Below are positions 19,223 to 28,444 of a DNA stretch of 64,000 nucleotides, one piece after another. This DNA comes from Flavobacteriaceae bacterium (GTDB lineage Bacteria; Bacteroidota; Bacteroidia; Flavobacteriales; Flavobacteriaceae). Location of the stretch: the NCBI GenBank assembly GCA_049606855.1, contig JBMYVY010000001.1, positions 153,114 through 217,113 on the forward strand. Direction: 5' to 3'. Both the position numbers and the translations under genes were made by a program. Position 1 is the first letter of the stretch; every line of letters starts with the position of its first letter. Below the pieces are notes generated by a model. It ran no database searches, was not told the DNA's origin, and was given only the letters and a program-made list of their open reading frames with translations.

Positions 19223-19579
19223 ATGTTAGTAATTGTCTTTAAAGTAATCATTGCACTGGGTTTGTTGAATGTTTGGTTATTGAGATCAAAGAAGGTTTCA
19301 GTATATCGCGGTGGAGATAGTATTGATCTCAAGGGTGAATTTGAAGTATATGGATTGGCATCTTGGATGTTTTATTTGGTTGGAGGTCTAAAAATTCTTT
19401 CGGCAATAGGATTGCTCGTGAGTATTTGGATTCCAGAATTACAAAATATATTCGCCTTTATTTTATTATTGTTATTATTCGGTTCGGTAATTATGCATAT
19501 AAAAGTTAGAGATCCGTTGATTAAAAGTCTTCCTGCAATCTCACTTATCATAATGCTCTTATATATTATTGTCTCATAA
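19223..19579 (+). CDS. small integral membrane protein (DoxX-like)
   Basis: The 118-aa product has four hydrophobic helices. It starts 2 nt after the SDR gene stop. The family call is tentative. Confidence 0.45.
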   Translation: MLVIVFKVIIALGLLNVWLLRSKKVSVYRGGDSIDLKGEFEVYGLASWMFYLVGGLKILSAIGLLVSIWIPELQNIFAFILLLLLFGSVIMHIKVRDPLIKSLPAISLIIMLLYIIVS

Positions 19580-19617
19580 TTTATATTATGTTAAATAGGA
19601 TTTTACCATAGCATATT

Positions 19618-21612
19618 CTAATATGCCAATAGTTGTTTAATCTTTTCTTCCAACCTACTTGATGCCAAATAATTTGATTCTAAATTCTTATTAAATGGTA
19701 TCGGTGTGTTATCCGATCCCAGTCGCATTATTGGTGCATCTAGGTATTCGAAATTCTCCTCACTGAGTTTAGAGGCAATCTCTGCTGATAAACTCAAAAA
19801 CTCATTGGCCTCATTAAGGACTAAAGCTTTACCCGTTTTTTTAATACTCGATGTCATACACTCATAATCTAGCGGCATTAAACTTCTAAGATCGATCAGT
19901 TCAATGGTATGATCTTTAAACTTATCCATTATTTCCAAAACCCAGTGAACTCCCAAACCATAGGTAATCACTGTAATTTGATCTCCTTCAGCTACAATAT
20001 TGGCCTTGCCTAATGGGATTTCATAATAATTTGAATCAACCAAACCTCTAACTTTTCTATAAAGTAATTTATGCTCAAAGAAAAGTACGGGATTCTCATC
20101 TCTTATAGAAGTAGCTAACAATCCTTTTGCGTCATCAGGAAACGCAGGATAAATAATTTTAAGTCCAGGTGTATGCAAAAACCACGACTCATTACTTTGA
20201 GAGTGAAATGGACCTGCACCAACACCCGCTCCACAAGGCATTCGAAAAACTATAGGAGCCTGCTGCTTCCAGCGATAAAATGATTTGGCTACTAAATTCA
20301 CAATTGGATTGAATCCTGAACTCACAAAATCGGCAAATTGGAGCTCTACTATGGATTTCATTCCTTTAACCCCTAATCCGTAAGCCACTTCAATCACAGC
20401 AGATTCACAAATTGGAGTATTAATAATTCTATTTTTTCCGAATTTCTCGACAAAACCCTTTGAAACCTTAAAAGCCCCTCCATATTCAGCGATATCTTGT
20501 CCCATCATCACTAAATCAGGAAACTTATCAAAGCTTTGAGATAAACCTTCAGATATTGCATCAATAAACCTAAGCTCCCTTGCCTGATCTTGAGAGGATC
20601 TATGTATAACATTTAGTTTTTCATTTTTAAAAACCTCAGATTCACTTACCCTTGATGCTTCATTTATTTCTTTTAATGAATTTGCCTTTTCCCAGGCAAC
20701 ATTAATTTTGTCCTTATAAAAATCAGTAATACTAACTAGTTGATTTTTAGATAAATACTTATTTTTATTTAAATAAGTGATATAGGTTTCAATAGGATCC
20801 TTTCCTTTCCAATGATCTATCAGTTCTTTTGGAACATAATCTTGACCAGAAGCTTCTTCGTGACCTCTGATTCTGAATGTCTTAAACTCTACTAAAATCG
20901 GTTTTGAACTCTTACGAATTTGAGTACTAAAAGTTTTGATATTGTGATAAACTTCGAGTATGTTGTTTCCTTCTATAGTATGACTTTCCATACCATAACC
21001 CAAACCCCTATCTGCCAAATCCCTACAGTTATACTGTTCAGTAGTTGGTGTAGATAAACCATAGCCATTATTTTCAATCACAAAAAGAACGGGTAAATCC
21101 CAGGTTGATGCAATATTGAGGGCTTCGTGAAAGTCACCTTCACTACTTCCGCCCTCTCCAGTAAAAACCGCGGCAATTTTACCTGTCTTATTGGTTTTTT
21201 CGGCTAAAGCAATTCCGCAGGCAACACCCATTTGTGGGCCTAAGTGTGAAATCATTCCAAGAATATGGTGTTGGTTAGCCCCAAAGTGAAAGGACCGGTC
21301 CCTGCCAGAAGTAAATCCTTCTGTTTTACCTTGAAATTGGGCAAAAAGCTTCACTAAATCTATATTACGTCCAGTAAAAACCCCTAAGTTCCTGTGCATT
21401 GGGAGGATGTAGTCGTCTACATTTAAAGCTTGAGTTAGCCCTGCGGCTATTGCTTCTTGCCCCATCCCTGAAAACCACTTAGAAACCTTGCCTTGTCGTA
21501 GTAGCTTTAACATCTTTTCTTCTATTAGCCTTGGCTCCAACATAGCTTCTAATAGCCGAATAGCTAGGTCTTTTTCAATATGTGGTTTGGTCTTGAGTTT
21601 TGACAACTTCAT
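19618..21612 (-). CDS. fused alpha/beta E1 component of a 2-oxoacid (branched-chain alpha-keto acid type) dehydrogenase, TPP-dependent
   Basis: The N-terminal half is E1-alpha-like (TPP motif GEGGSSEGDFHEALNIAS...ENNGYG). The C-terminal half is E1-beta/transketolase-like. The ORF track extends to 21675, but that extension runs through a terminator hairpin. ATG 21612 (MKLSKLKT...) is the plausible start. Confidence 0.85.
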   Translation of the reverse strand: MKLSKLKTKPHIEKDLAIRLLEAMLEPRLIEEKMLKLLRQGKVSKWFSGMGQEAIAAGLTQALNVDDYILPMHRNLGVFTGRNIDLVKLFAQFQGKTEGFTSGRDRSFHFGANQHHILGMISHLGPQMGVACGIALAEKTNKTGKIAAVFTGEGGSSEGDFHEALNIASTWDLPVLFVIENNGYGLSTPTTEQYNCRDLADRGLGYGMESHTIEGNNILEVYHNIKTFSTQIRKSSKPILVEFKTFRIRGHEEASGQDYVPKELIDHWKGKDPIETYITYLNKNKYLSKNQLVSITDFYKDKINVAWEKANSLKEINEASRVSESEVFKNEKLNVIHRSSQDQARELRFIDAISEGLSQSFDKFPDLVMMGQDIAEYGGAFKVSKGFVEKFGKNRIINTPICESAVIEVAYGLGVKGMKSIVELQFADFVSSGFNPIVNLVAKSFYRWKQQAPIVFRMPCGAGVGAGPFHSQSNESWFLHTPGLKIIYPAFPDDAKGLLATSIRDENPVLFFEHKLLYRKVRGLVDSNYYEIPLGKANIVAEGDQITVITYGLGVHWVLEIMDKFKDHTIELIDLRSLMPLDYECMTSSIKKTGKALVLNEANEFLSLSAEIASKLSEENFEYLDAPIMRLGSDNTPIPFNKNLESNYLASSRLEEKIKQLLAY

Positions 21613-21636
21613 AATTTGGCTTTGAATAAATGTAAA

Positions 21637-21672
21637 ATAAAAAATCCTCATCACAAAATGATGAGGATTTTT
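21637..21672 (-). terminator. intrinsic terminator after the Lrp/AsnC gene
   Basis: It is a 13-bp perfect stem (21641-21653 / 21659-21671, AAAATCCTCATCA / TGATGAGGATTTT) with a 5-nt loop. A T-run follows on the minus strand. Confidence 0.85.
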
Positions 21673-21697
21673 CAATATTATCTAGAATAAATGAATC

Positions 21698-22177
21698 CTA
21701 CATATCTCTAAAGATAGCGTGCATCATTCGTTTTTTGTCATTTATACTCTCTTCTAGAGAAATCATGGTTTCTGTTCTAGCTACCCCGTGTATAGCATCG
21801 ATTTGAAAAATGATATCCTTAGCATGATTAGTGTCTTTAGCACGAACTTTACAAAAAATATTATATTTTCCAGCGGTTATATAAGCTACAGTAATATTTG
21901 GGATTTTTATAAGCTCCGCAATTACATTTTGAGTTTCGTTGGTTTTGTTTAAGTAAATCCCAATATGAGCTATGAATGAATATCCCATTTTCTCATAATC
22001 GATTGTTAATGTAGATCCCTTAATAATCCCTTCTTCTTCCATCTTTTTAACACGAACATGTATAGTACCGGCTGAAACAAGTAATTTTTTTGCAATATCA
22101 GTAAAGGGAGTTCTTGCGTTTTCAATTAACATATCCAGAATCTGATGATCCACTTCATCAAGGATGTATTTTTTCAT
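21698..22177 (-). CDS. Lrp/AsnC family transcriptional regulator
   Basis: The 159-aa product has an N-terminal wHTH (LDEVDHQILDMLIENARTPFTDIAKKLLVSAGTIHVRVKKMEEEGII) and a C-terminal RAM/AsnC_trans_reg domain. Confidence 0.9.
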   Translation of the reverse strand: MKKYILDEVDHQILDMLIENARTPFTDIAKKLLVSAGTIHVRVKKMEEEGIIKGSTLTIDYEKMGYSFIAHIGIYLNKTNETQNVIAELIKIPNITVAYITAGKYNIFCKVRAKDTNHAKDIIFQIDAIHGVARTETMISLEESINDKKRMMHAIFRDM

Positions 22178-22288
22178 AATGTAAGCTTAAAATTTAGCAA
22201 ATAATAAAACAAAAATAGCTATTTTTTTTAAAATAATACAACTAATGGTGTATTTTTTTACTTATTCTTGAATGAATTGGCGTGTATT

Positions 22289-23311
22289 TTATGATAAGTC
22301 TTTAAAACTGATGGATTTTCCTAAATCCCCTCTCTTTTCCTCTTTCAAAAAAGGAATTGCTTTTTCACCTTCTATATGAAAACTATAAAGATACCCTATA
22401 TCTGTAAAATCATTTGGACCAATCCTCACACCTCTTTCGATAAGATCAAAGCAGATATTATCATTTTCAGGGATTTCAAAATAGATTTCATAATCAGACT
22501 TGGTGTCATCGTCGAGTATATAATTAACTCCAAGATATAGCGCTAGGAAGTTATAATAACGGCTATGCTCCCTAACTAAATCTCCTATATAATGTCCCGC
22601 TTCTATTAAAATAGTTGGATAACCTAGCTTTTGAAAATTATCTCCTGTAGCTGTTGGATAAAATTCATCCGTATACCGACCAATCCCACCCGGTAACGAA
22701 CTCTTGAGATTTTGATACATAAAAGCAATAACTTCCATGGTTGTTTTACGACTTTCAGTAATGGATCGACCTAGGTCTTCGCTAGGAGCAAGAAAAGACA
22801 AAGTAGCAGGTAGTTTGGATCCTTTGGGATTAAAAATATTTCTTTGGTCATGAAGATTAAAGCAATAGTCGGGATTGACTTCGTCTAAAATGGATTTAAG
22901 GAATTTTAATTCTTTACTTTGATAATCTACGGCATCCCTATTTAAATCCACTTTTTTATAGTTTACCCTTGTAAACAATCTACTCCCGTCAGGATTGAGC
23001 ATTGGGAGGATGTAAAAAGTAGCATTGTCTAATAAGGTTACATTTGTAAACAGATATTTTACGTAGTCAATAAGTGCCTTTGTTCCTGTTGTTTCATTTC
23101 CGTGCATTTGAGACCAGATCAAGATTTTTTTAGCTCCAGTACCCAATTTGTACAGCTTTATAGGCTCTCCATTCTCAGATAGGTCATGTTTAAATAAATA
23201 ATCATTCAAGTCATCTAAACTTGGCGAGAGTTGATCGTGGTTGATATAGCGTCCAAATAACCTCTTTTCCTTGTAGAGACGTTCGTATGTTGCTTTGTCT
23301 ATGATGTACAT
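22289..23311 (-). CDS. M14 family zinc carboxypeptidase
   Basis: M14 motifs are present: HGNETTG (Zn His/Glu), MLNPDG and DLNRD. The ORF opens at 23341, and I prefer the internal ATG at 23311 (MYIIDKATYE). The start is uncertain by 30 nt. Confidence 0.75.
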   Translation of the reverse strand: MYIIDKATYERLYKEKRLFGRYINHDQLSPSLDDLNDYLFKHDLSENGEPIKLYKLGTGAKKILIWSQMHGNETTGTKALIDYVKYLFTNVTLLDNATFYILPMLNPDGSRLFTRVNYKKVDLNRDAVDYQSKELKFLKSILDEVNPDYCFNLHDQRNIFNPKGSKLPATLSFLAPSEDLGRSITESRKTTMEVIAFMYQNLKSSLPGGIGRYTDEFYPTATGDNFQKLGYPTILIEAGHYIGDLVREHSRYYNFLALYLGVNYILDDDTKSDYEIYFEIPENDNICFDLIERGVRIGPNDFTDIGYLYSFHIEGEKAIPFLKEEKRGDLGKSISFKDLS

Positions 23312-23471
23312 ATTGTAAAGATATAAAATAACCACAAGCACCCGAAATCAACAGTAGATTGATTATAGATTTTATTTATCTCATTTATTTAAATTACTGA
23401 AAACATGTAAGTTAAGTGCATTAGTATAAAGTTAGATATAGGGTAACATATTTCAATCAAGAATTTCCTTT

Positions 23472-23501
23472 TTGAAGGTAAAAATATATTGTTTACATTT
23501 G
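23472..23501 (+). promoter_or_regulatory. Bacteroidetes-type sigma-A promoter (TTG-N19-TAcaTTTG)
   Basis: TTG lies at 23472-23474, followed by exactly 19 nt and then TACATTTG at 23494-23501. This is 16 nt upstream of ATG 23518. It matches the published Bacteroides/Flavobacterium -33/-7 consensus. Confidence 0.6.
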
Positions 23502-23517
23502 TAACTTAACGGTATTT

Positions 23518-23865
23518 ATGGACTATCAAGCGATAACAAGTAGAATTTTTGAATTAATCAATGGATTAAATGTGAGTCAAACTCAGTTCGCAGAATTAAC
23601 AGGTATCCCCCGCTCCACCTTTTCTCATTTGCATTCTGGCAGGAACAAACCAAGTCTCGATTTGTTGGATAAAATTGTAAAGGCTTTCCCAAATGACACA
23701 AGTATGACAGAGTTAGTCTATGGTCAGAAGGACTCAGAGTCGCCGCAAATTATTCCAAATCAAAAGATAACAACAACTTCACAAAAGAAAGATGGTAGCA
23801 TTGAGGAGGTTTTGGTATTAAAAACAGATGGGAGTTATGAGAGGTTTATTAAGGAAGTGAAATAA
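23518..23865 (+). CDS. XRE-family helix-turn-helix DNA-binding protein
   Basis: An N-terminal HTH_3-like segment is present (LNVSQTQFAELTGIPRSTFSHLHSGRNKPSLDLLDKIVKAF). The product is 115 aa. Confidence 0.75.
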   Translation: MDYQAITSRIFELINGLNVSQTQFAELTGIPRSTFSHLHSGRNKPSLDLLDKIVKAFPNDTSMTELVYGQKDSESPQIIPNQKITTTSQKKDGSIEEVLVLKTDGSYERFIKEVK

Positions 23866-26278
23866 GCTCATCTAAGGATGCACTAACGATGTTTATGATT
23901 TCATCTCGATTATCATATTGAAGTTTGTATTGCTCACTTATGATCTTTCTCAGCAGGTCAATCCCTACATCTTTAAACCCATATGAATCATATTGCAAGG
24001 ACTTATCTACAATATCCTGACATAGGTTTTTTATTGCCTCTGGATTATTTGATTTTATGATCCAGTCAAACCCTTTTTCATAGGTGGATTTCATTTCTTT
24101 GTCTTTTACAAAATACATCCCGTAGACTAGATAATTAGCAACAAAAGGCATTTCAGCAGTATTCTTCTCACTGATATAACGACTTACTAGTGGAAATGCA
24201 ATTCCCTTTTTCGCTTCATCTGGAAGCGATGCTGCTGCCTCAAAGGCCTTGTCTTGGTTGATATAATACATAGCCGTTAGAGATTGGGACAAAATACTAA
24301 AAGAGTCGCTCCTTAAACCCTGCTGGTAAATGCTGTAGTATTCGGGATTGACGAGTTTACCAAGAAGTTCAATAGCTGCAGCTCTTTTTTGATTAGAAGC
24401 ATTTGAATCATTAGCCAGGTCTACTACATATTTAATGGTTGATCGCTTGCCATATTTGTATGCTAAATTTATATTGTTCAAAGCATAAATACTTACCGGG
24501 TCTTGATTTGATTCAATACTATTAGCGAAAATTTTGAATATATCTGCATCTTCCTGTTTGTCTTTTAAGTATTCCAAAGCCTCTAATTTTCCAATAATCG
24601 ATTGTGAGTTTTCGGCTTGATACATATATTGACTTAGATTCCTATTCTGGAAAATCTCCACAAGACTACTTAAATTAGGATTTACTTCAATTAAATCTGG
24701 AATCTTTGAATATGGAAAAACTACGGATTGTTCTCTTTTATACAAGCGTATTTTATAATCTTTCCTTCCTCCGTAGGAATAAATGCTAAAGTTCAAAGGA
24801 AGATCATAAACGTCACCCAGTTGTTTAAAACTTACTGACATCGTCTTGTCAAGTGTATTATAGTCTATGTCAATCTGAATTTTTGGATGATAAGGACGAT
24901 TATACCATTGGTCAAAAAACCAAGTTAAATCTCTACCTGCAACTTCCTCAAAAGACAATCTCAATTCATTTATTTCGGCTTTACTGTAGGAATGTGTTTT
25001 TAGATATTCATTCAAGGCCTTGTAAAAGAGATCATCTCCTACCTCCTGACGTAGCATATGCAGAACCAATGCCCCCTTTTGATAGCTCACTGCATCAAAA
25101 ACATCTATTGCTTTGTCATATTGTACTCTATTTAGCGCTTGATTGGTTTTGTTACTATTAAAGTAAGTGTCACGGATCTTTTCAAGATGCAGAACACTTT
25201 TTTCATTTTCGTATTGATTTTCTAACCATAGGAATTCAGCGTATGTGGCAAAAGATTCACTTAGACTGACATTTGACCAACTTTCAGGAGTTACTAAATC
25301 CCCAAACCACTGATGGAATATTTCATGGGCGATAACCAATTCCCATTTATTTTCATCATTAAGCTGCTCAATGCTTTGGTAAGCATCAAAGTTATGTGCT
25401 ACTGCCGTGGTGTTTTCCATTGCCCCAAATTCAAAATCTCTAACTACAATCTGATTATAAGCCGACCATGGGTAATCAATTTTCAATAAATTCTCATAAA
25501 AATTAATCATATCGGGGGTTTTCTCAAAGATAACTTTGGACTCATCGAGGTATTCAGCCTCTACGTAATAATTAATCGGTAAATCATCTTGTGTATTTTG
25601 GATAATTTCATATTCACCAGCGGCAAGAAATGCTAAATATGGTGCATGCGGTTGCTTTAAACTCCAGGTATCGACACGATTGCCATTTTCTAATGTATGC
25701 TGAGAAGTTAATAATCCATTTGATAAGGTCTTATAATGACTAGGGACCTCAATACTAATCGTTTGTGTCATTTTTTGATTAGGATGATCTAAAGTTGGAA
25801 ACCAGACGCTGTTCGCGTTTGGAATTCCATTAGTCCATATTTGTGTTGGTTTATTTGGATTATTTCCTTTTGGATTTATGAAATAAAGGCCTCTGTTTTG
25901 TGTCGTAGATATCGATTGTATTTTCTTTGGTCTGGCAGTATAGTCAATTTGAATTTCTAGGGTGTCCTGAACTTGATACAGTTTGTCCAAAACTATCGAC
26001 AGACTTTTCCCATCATTACTATATTCCAATTCCTTTCCCAAAGCGCTTACTTTATGAATAAGCATTGCCTGCGCATCTAAAGTAAGTTTGTTTTGAGCTT
26101 TTGAATACGGCGAAAGTTTTAACTGGGCCGATCCATTCATTTGTTGTTCGGCAATTTCAAAACTCAGGTTTAAATCTGTGTGAATTAATTCAAAAACACG
26201 TGGTGCTTCTCCTCTATTTTGAGCATTGAGACTGTAGAAAGTAAAAAAGACTAGGCAATAAGAAATGAATTTTCTCAA
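23849..26278 (-). CDS. M1 family metallopeptidase (aminopeptidase N-like)
   Basis: It has the GAMEN exopeptidase motif, the HEIFHQWFGD zinc motif and a downstream Glu (SESFATYAE). The ORF-track start (26329) lies inside the terminator of the upstream gene. An in-frame TTG at 26278 yields the signal peptide (M)RKFISYCLVFFTFYSLNA/QN. Confidence 0.85.
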   Translation of the reverse strand: MRKFISYCLVFFTFYSLNAQNRGEAPRVFELIHTDLNLSFEIAEQQMNGSAQLKLSPYSKAQNKLTLDAQAMLIHKVSALGKELEYSNDGKSLSIVLDKLYQVQDTLEIQIDYTARPKKIQSISTTQNRGLYFINPKGNNPNKPTQIWTNGIPNANSVWFPTLDHPNQKMTQTISIEVPSHYKTLSNGLLTSQHTLENGNRVDTWSLKQPHAPYLAFLAAGEYEIIQNTQDDLPINYYVEAEYLDESKVIFEKTPDMINFYENLLKIDYPWSAYNQIVVRDFEFGAMENTTAVAHNFDAYQSIEQLNDENKWELVIAHEIFHQWFGDLVTPESWSNVSLSESFATYAEFLWLENQYENEKSVLHLEKIRDTYFNSNKTNQALNRVQYDKAIDVFDAVSYQKGALVLHMLRQEVGDDLFYKALNEYLKTHSYSKAEINELRLSFEEVAGRDLTWFFDQWYNRPYHPKIQIDIDYNTLDKTMSVSFKQLGDVYDLPLNFSIYSYGGRKDYKIRLYKREQSVVFPYSKIPDLIEVNPNLSSLVEIFQNRNLSQYMYQAENSQSIIGKLEALEYLKDKQEDADIFKIFANSIESNQDPVSIYALNNINLAYKYGKRSTIKYVVDLANDSNASNQKRAAAIELLGKLVNPEYYSIYQQGLRSDSFSILSQSLTAMYYINQDKAFEAAASLPDEAKKGIAFPLVSRYISEKNTAEMPFVANYLVYGMYFVKDKEMKSTYEKGFDWIIKSNNPEAIKNLCQDIVDKSLQYDSYGFKDVGIDLLRKIISEQYKLQYDNRDEIINIVSASLDELISLP

Positions 26279-26302
26279 AATAATGACTTTAGATTTATCC
26301 AA

Positions 26303-26342
26303 AAATATAAAAAAAGGGCAGACCAACACGGTCTACCCTTTT
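26303..26342 (-). terminator. intrinsic terminator after the DUF4252 genes
   Basis: The stem is 26313-26324 / 26330-26341. One position is a mismatch on the plus strand but a G-U pair in the minus-strand RNA. A T-run follows on the minus strand. Confidence 0.75.
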
Positions 26343-26360
26343 AAAGCTTTGTTAATGAAT

Positions 26361-26897
26361 CTAACTACCGAAAAGTGCTTGTACATCTCCCATAGGTAAA
26401 TTCGAAGGATCAATTTTGATTTTTGAACTCAAATCCATGAGTTTGGCTACGTCCATCTTCTCCCCTAGAATCCTAGCAACACCTAGAGCCTCTCCGTCTT
26501 TATAACCGTAAAGCACAACTTCATCTAATGCGGATTCATCTCCTAAAATGTACACTCCAACAGCCATTCCATTGGTGTTAAATTTCATCATCTCAGTATA
26601 ATTGGTAGTCTTCATGATGTTTTTTAGGCGTGCTTCCTGTTGATCGAAATCACTAGCATTGTCCTGAGAATATTTCATTGCCACCATGTTTACTTTTTTA
26701 ATACTCGCATAAACAGCTTGCTCCTCTGGAGTTAATCCAGATTGATCTGCTTTTAGTAAACTTGCCGGAAAATCAAATGCTATAAAATCTGGGTTTTCGT
26801 GAGCGTCTATAAAATATTTTTGCAATGAATCTTGTTGACATGAACTCAATAAAAAGACAGAAAATACTGCGACTAAAATTAATTTATACGTTTTCAT
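26361..26897 (-). CDS. DUF4252 domain-containing lipoprotein
   Basis: It has a lipoprotein signal (FLLSSC/QQ). Its sequence pattern and its position downstream of an ECF sigma/anti-sigma pair are typical of DUF4252. Confidence 0.7.
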   Translation of the reverse strand: MKTYKLILVAVFSVFLLSSCQQDSLQKYFIDAHENPDFIAFDFPASLLKADQSGLTPEEQAVYASIKKVNMVAMKYSQDNASDFDQQEARLKNIMKTTNYTEMMKFNTNGMAVGVYILGDESALDEVVLYGYKDGEALGVARILGEKMDVAKLMDLSSKIKIDPSNLPMGDVQALFGS

Positions 26898-26899
26898 AG

Positions 26900-27400
26900 T
26901 TATTCGATTACAATGTTAGAAGCTCCAGGTACATTAAGTTTCTCTGTTAAGAGAGCTACTTGATTAAGATCTATATCTCCAGTAAGAGACATGATTACAG
27001 CTTGTCCTTCCTCTTGAACCAACATCAATAATTCTTCCACATGGTCCTCATCCCTACCTTCATGCACATATATAATTACATTTGAGTCAGCTTCCTTTAC
27101 TCGCATTAACTCAATTAAATTTTGAGATTTGATATAGCTCTCCGCAACTTTTTTCATATCTGAAGCCACTTGAGTGTTTTCAGTCACATAAACTTTCAAT
27201 CCTTTTAGGGTTTCTACCATATCAAAGTATTCCTGATTTTCTGGTGATGATCCTCCAAATTTAGCCATCAATCTAAACATGGATTGACTTACTGAAACTG
27301 TGGTTACATCATCAATGTCTTCGAATACGTCAAAACTGCTTTGACTGAATCCCATCATTGGCACAAGGGCCATTACTAAAATTAAATATATTTTTTTCAT
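26900..27400 (-). CDS. DUF4252 domain-containing protein
   Basis: It has a signal peptide and a DUF4252-like core (VTTVSVSQSMFRLMAKFGG...LKGLKVYV). It is a paralogue-like neighbour of the previous gene. Confidence 0.7.
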   Translation of the reverse strand: MKKIYLILVMALVPMMGFSQSSFDVFEDIDDVTTVSVSQSMFRLMAKFGGSSPENQEYFDMVETLKGLKVYVTENTQVASDMKKVAESYIKSQNLIELMRVKEADSNVIIYVHEGRDEDHVEELLMLVQEEGQAVIMSLTGDIDLNQVALLTEKLNVPGASNIVIE

Positions 27401-27408
27401 CTTATTTA

Positions 27409-27837
27409 TTATTCTGCGTTATTAAATATTACTGCTGTTGTCTTTTGAAAATTGCCAAGTTGAGCCATGGCCTGATTTCCTTTTTGTAAATTCCCAGAAA
27501 GCAAGTTTAATGCAGCTTGCGTCTGTTCAAAAGCTATTTTTGCTTCTCTTTGGTCCTGAATTGTTTTGCCAGTATAAAGGCTGATTATTAATGTAAGTGA
27601 CGCCGCGATCGAAAGCCATTTCCAATTCGTCTTTTTTGACTTAGGTTTTAATTGGAGGTTTTTGTCTAAGGTCTCTTCACTACTGAAAGAAAAATAACTA
27701 AATAAGGGAACATACTGTTCAAGAGATGGATGCACTTCTTCTGAAGTAAAATAATCTTTTAATGTAGACTCTTCTTGCAGGCTTGTTTCACCTTCTAAGT
27801 ATTTTTCTAATAAAAATTCTATTCTAGCTAACTCCAT
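27409..27837 (-). CDS. putative membrane-anchored anti-sigma factor
   Basis: The 142-aa product has an N-terminal cytoplasmic helix region (LLEKYLEGETSLQEESTLKDYF) and a single TM (WKWLSIAASLTLIISLY). It overlaps the ECF sigma gene by 14 nt. Confidence 0.6.
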   Translation of the reverse strand: MELARIEFLLEKYLEGETSLQEESTLKDYFTSEEVHPSLEQYVPLFSYFSFSSEETLDKNLQLKPKSKKTNWKWLSIAASLTLIISLYTGKTIQDQREAKIAFEQTQAALNLLSGNLQKGNQAMAQLGNFQKTTAVIFNNAE

Positions 27838-28333
27838 AATTATGTTGTTTTATGAGTTGTTCTTTAATCTTTTTTCTAGCTCTCGATAGAGAGACTCTAA
27901 CTGTTGCCGGCTTTAAGTCCAGCATTTTTGCTATTTCGTCAAAATCATATTGTTCCACATCTCTTAATTGAATAATCATTCGCTGTTGTTCCGGCAATTC
28001 ATTAATCAAACGATGCACTTGTGAAACAGAATCTCTCAATTCTATTTTCTTATTCAAGCCAACACCCTTCTCTTGGTAATTACTGTGCACTAATTTAAGA
28101 GTATCTGCTTGTTTTGATTTTAATCGATCTAAGCAATAATTCTTGGTCATCGTCATAGCAAAAGCCTCAACATTCTTATAAGTCGAAAACTTTTCCTTAT
28201 TCTTCCAAAGTTTGAAGTACAATTCTTGAGTTGCATCTTCCGCTTCTTCAGTAGAGACCAATAACCTTTTGGCTAACCTAAAAACTTTATCCTTAAAAGG
28301 ATTAATGGTATTTAGAAATTCAGTTTGGTTCAT
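27824..28333 (-). CDS. RNA polymerase ECF-type sigma-70 factor
   Basis: The 169-aa product has region 2 (EDATQELYFKLWKN) and region 4 HTH (FDEIAKMLDLKPATVRVSLSRARKKI). Confidence 0.9.
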   Translation of the reverse strand: MNQTEFLNTINPFKDKVFRLAKRLLVSTEEAEDATQELYFKLWKNKEKFSTYKNVEAFAMTMTKNYCLDRLKSKQADTLKLVHSNYQEKGVGLNKKIELRDSVSQVHRLINELPEQQRMIIQLRDVEQYDFDEIAKMLDLKPATVRVSLSRARKKIKEQLIKQHNYGVS

Positions 28334-28388
28334 TATTGGTTATTTGGTTTTCTATTACGACGAGACAAATATAAATTTGTAACAAACT

Positions 28389-28418
28389 TTGCAAAAAAAA
28401 ATCAATATGCTACATTTG
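28389..28418 (+). promoter_or_regulatory. Bacteroidetes-type sigma-A promoter (TTG-N19-TAcaTTTG) for the S41 peptidase gene
   Basis: TTG lies at 28389-28391, followed by 19 nt and then TACATTTG at 28411-28418. This is 26 nt upstream of ATG 28445. It lies inside the over-long ORF-track ORF, which supports the shorter start. Confidence 0.6.
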
Positions 28419-28444
28419 GGTACTATGTAGTAAATCTAGTAATT

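Noticed and set aside
19618-21612. Whether the fused E1 alpha/beta dehydrogenase might be an assembly artefact or pseudogene fusion.
   Set aside because: The reading frame is continuous through both halves, with intact TPP and transketolase-like motifs. Such fusions are commonly annotated in Bacteroidota.
28334-28444. An ECF-type autoregulated promoter (AAC ... CGT) upstream of the sigma factor gene.
   Set aside because: A CGTCGTAA element exists on the minus strand, but no convincing -35 AAC motif lies at the right spacing. The evidence is too weak to annotate.
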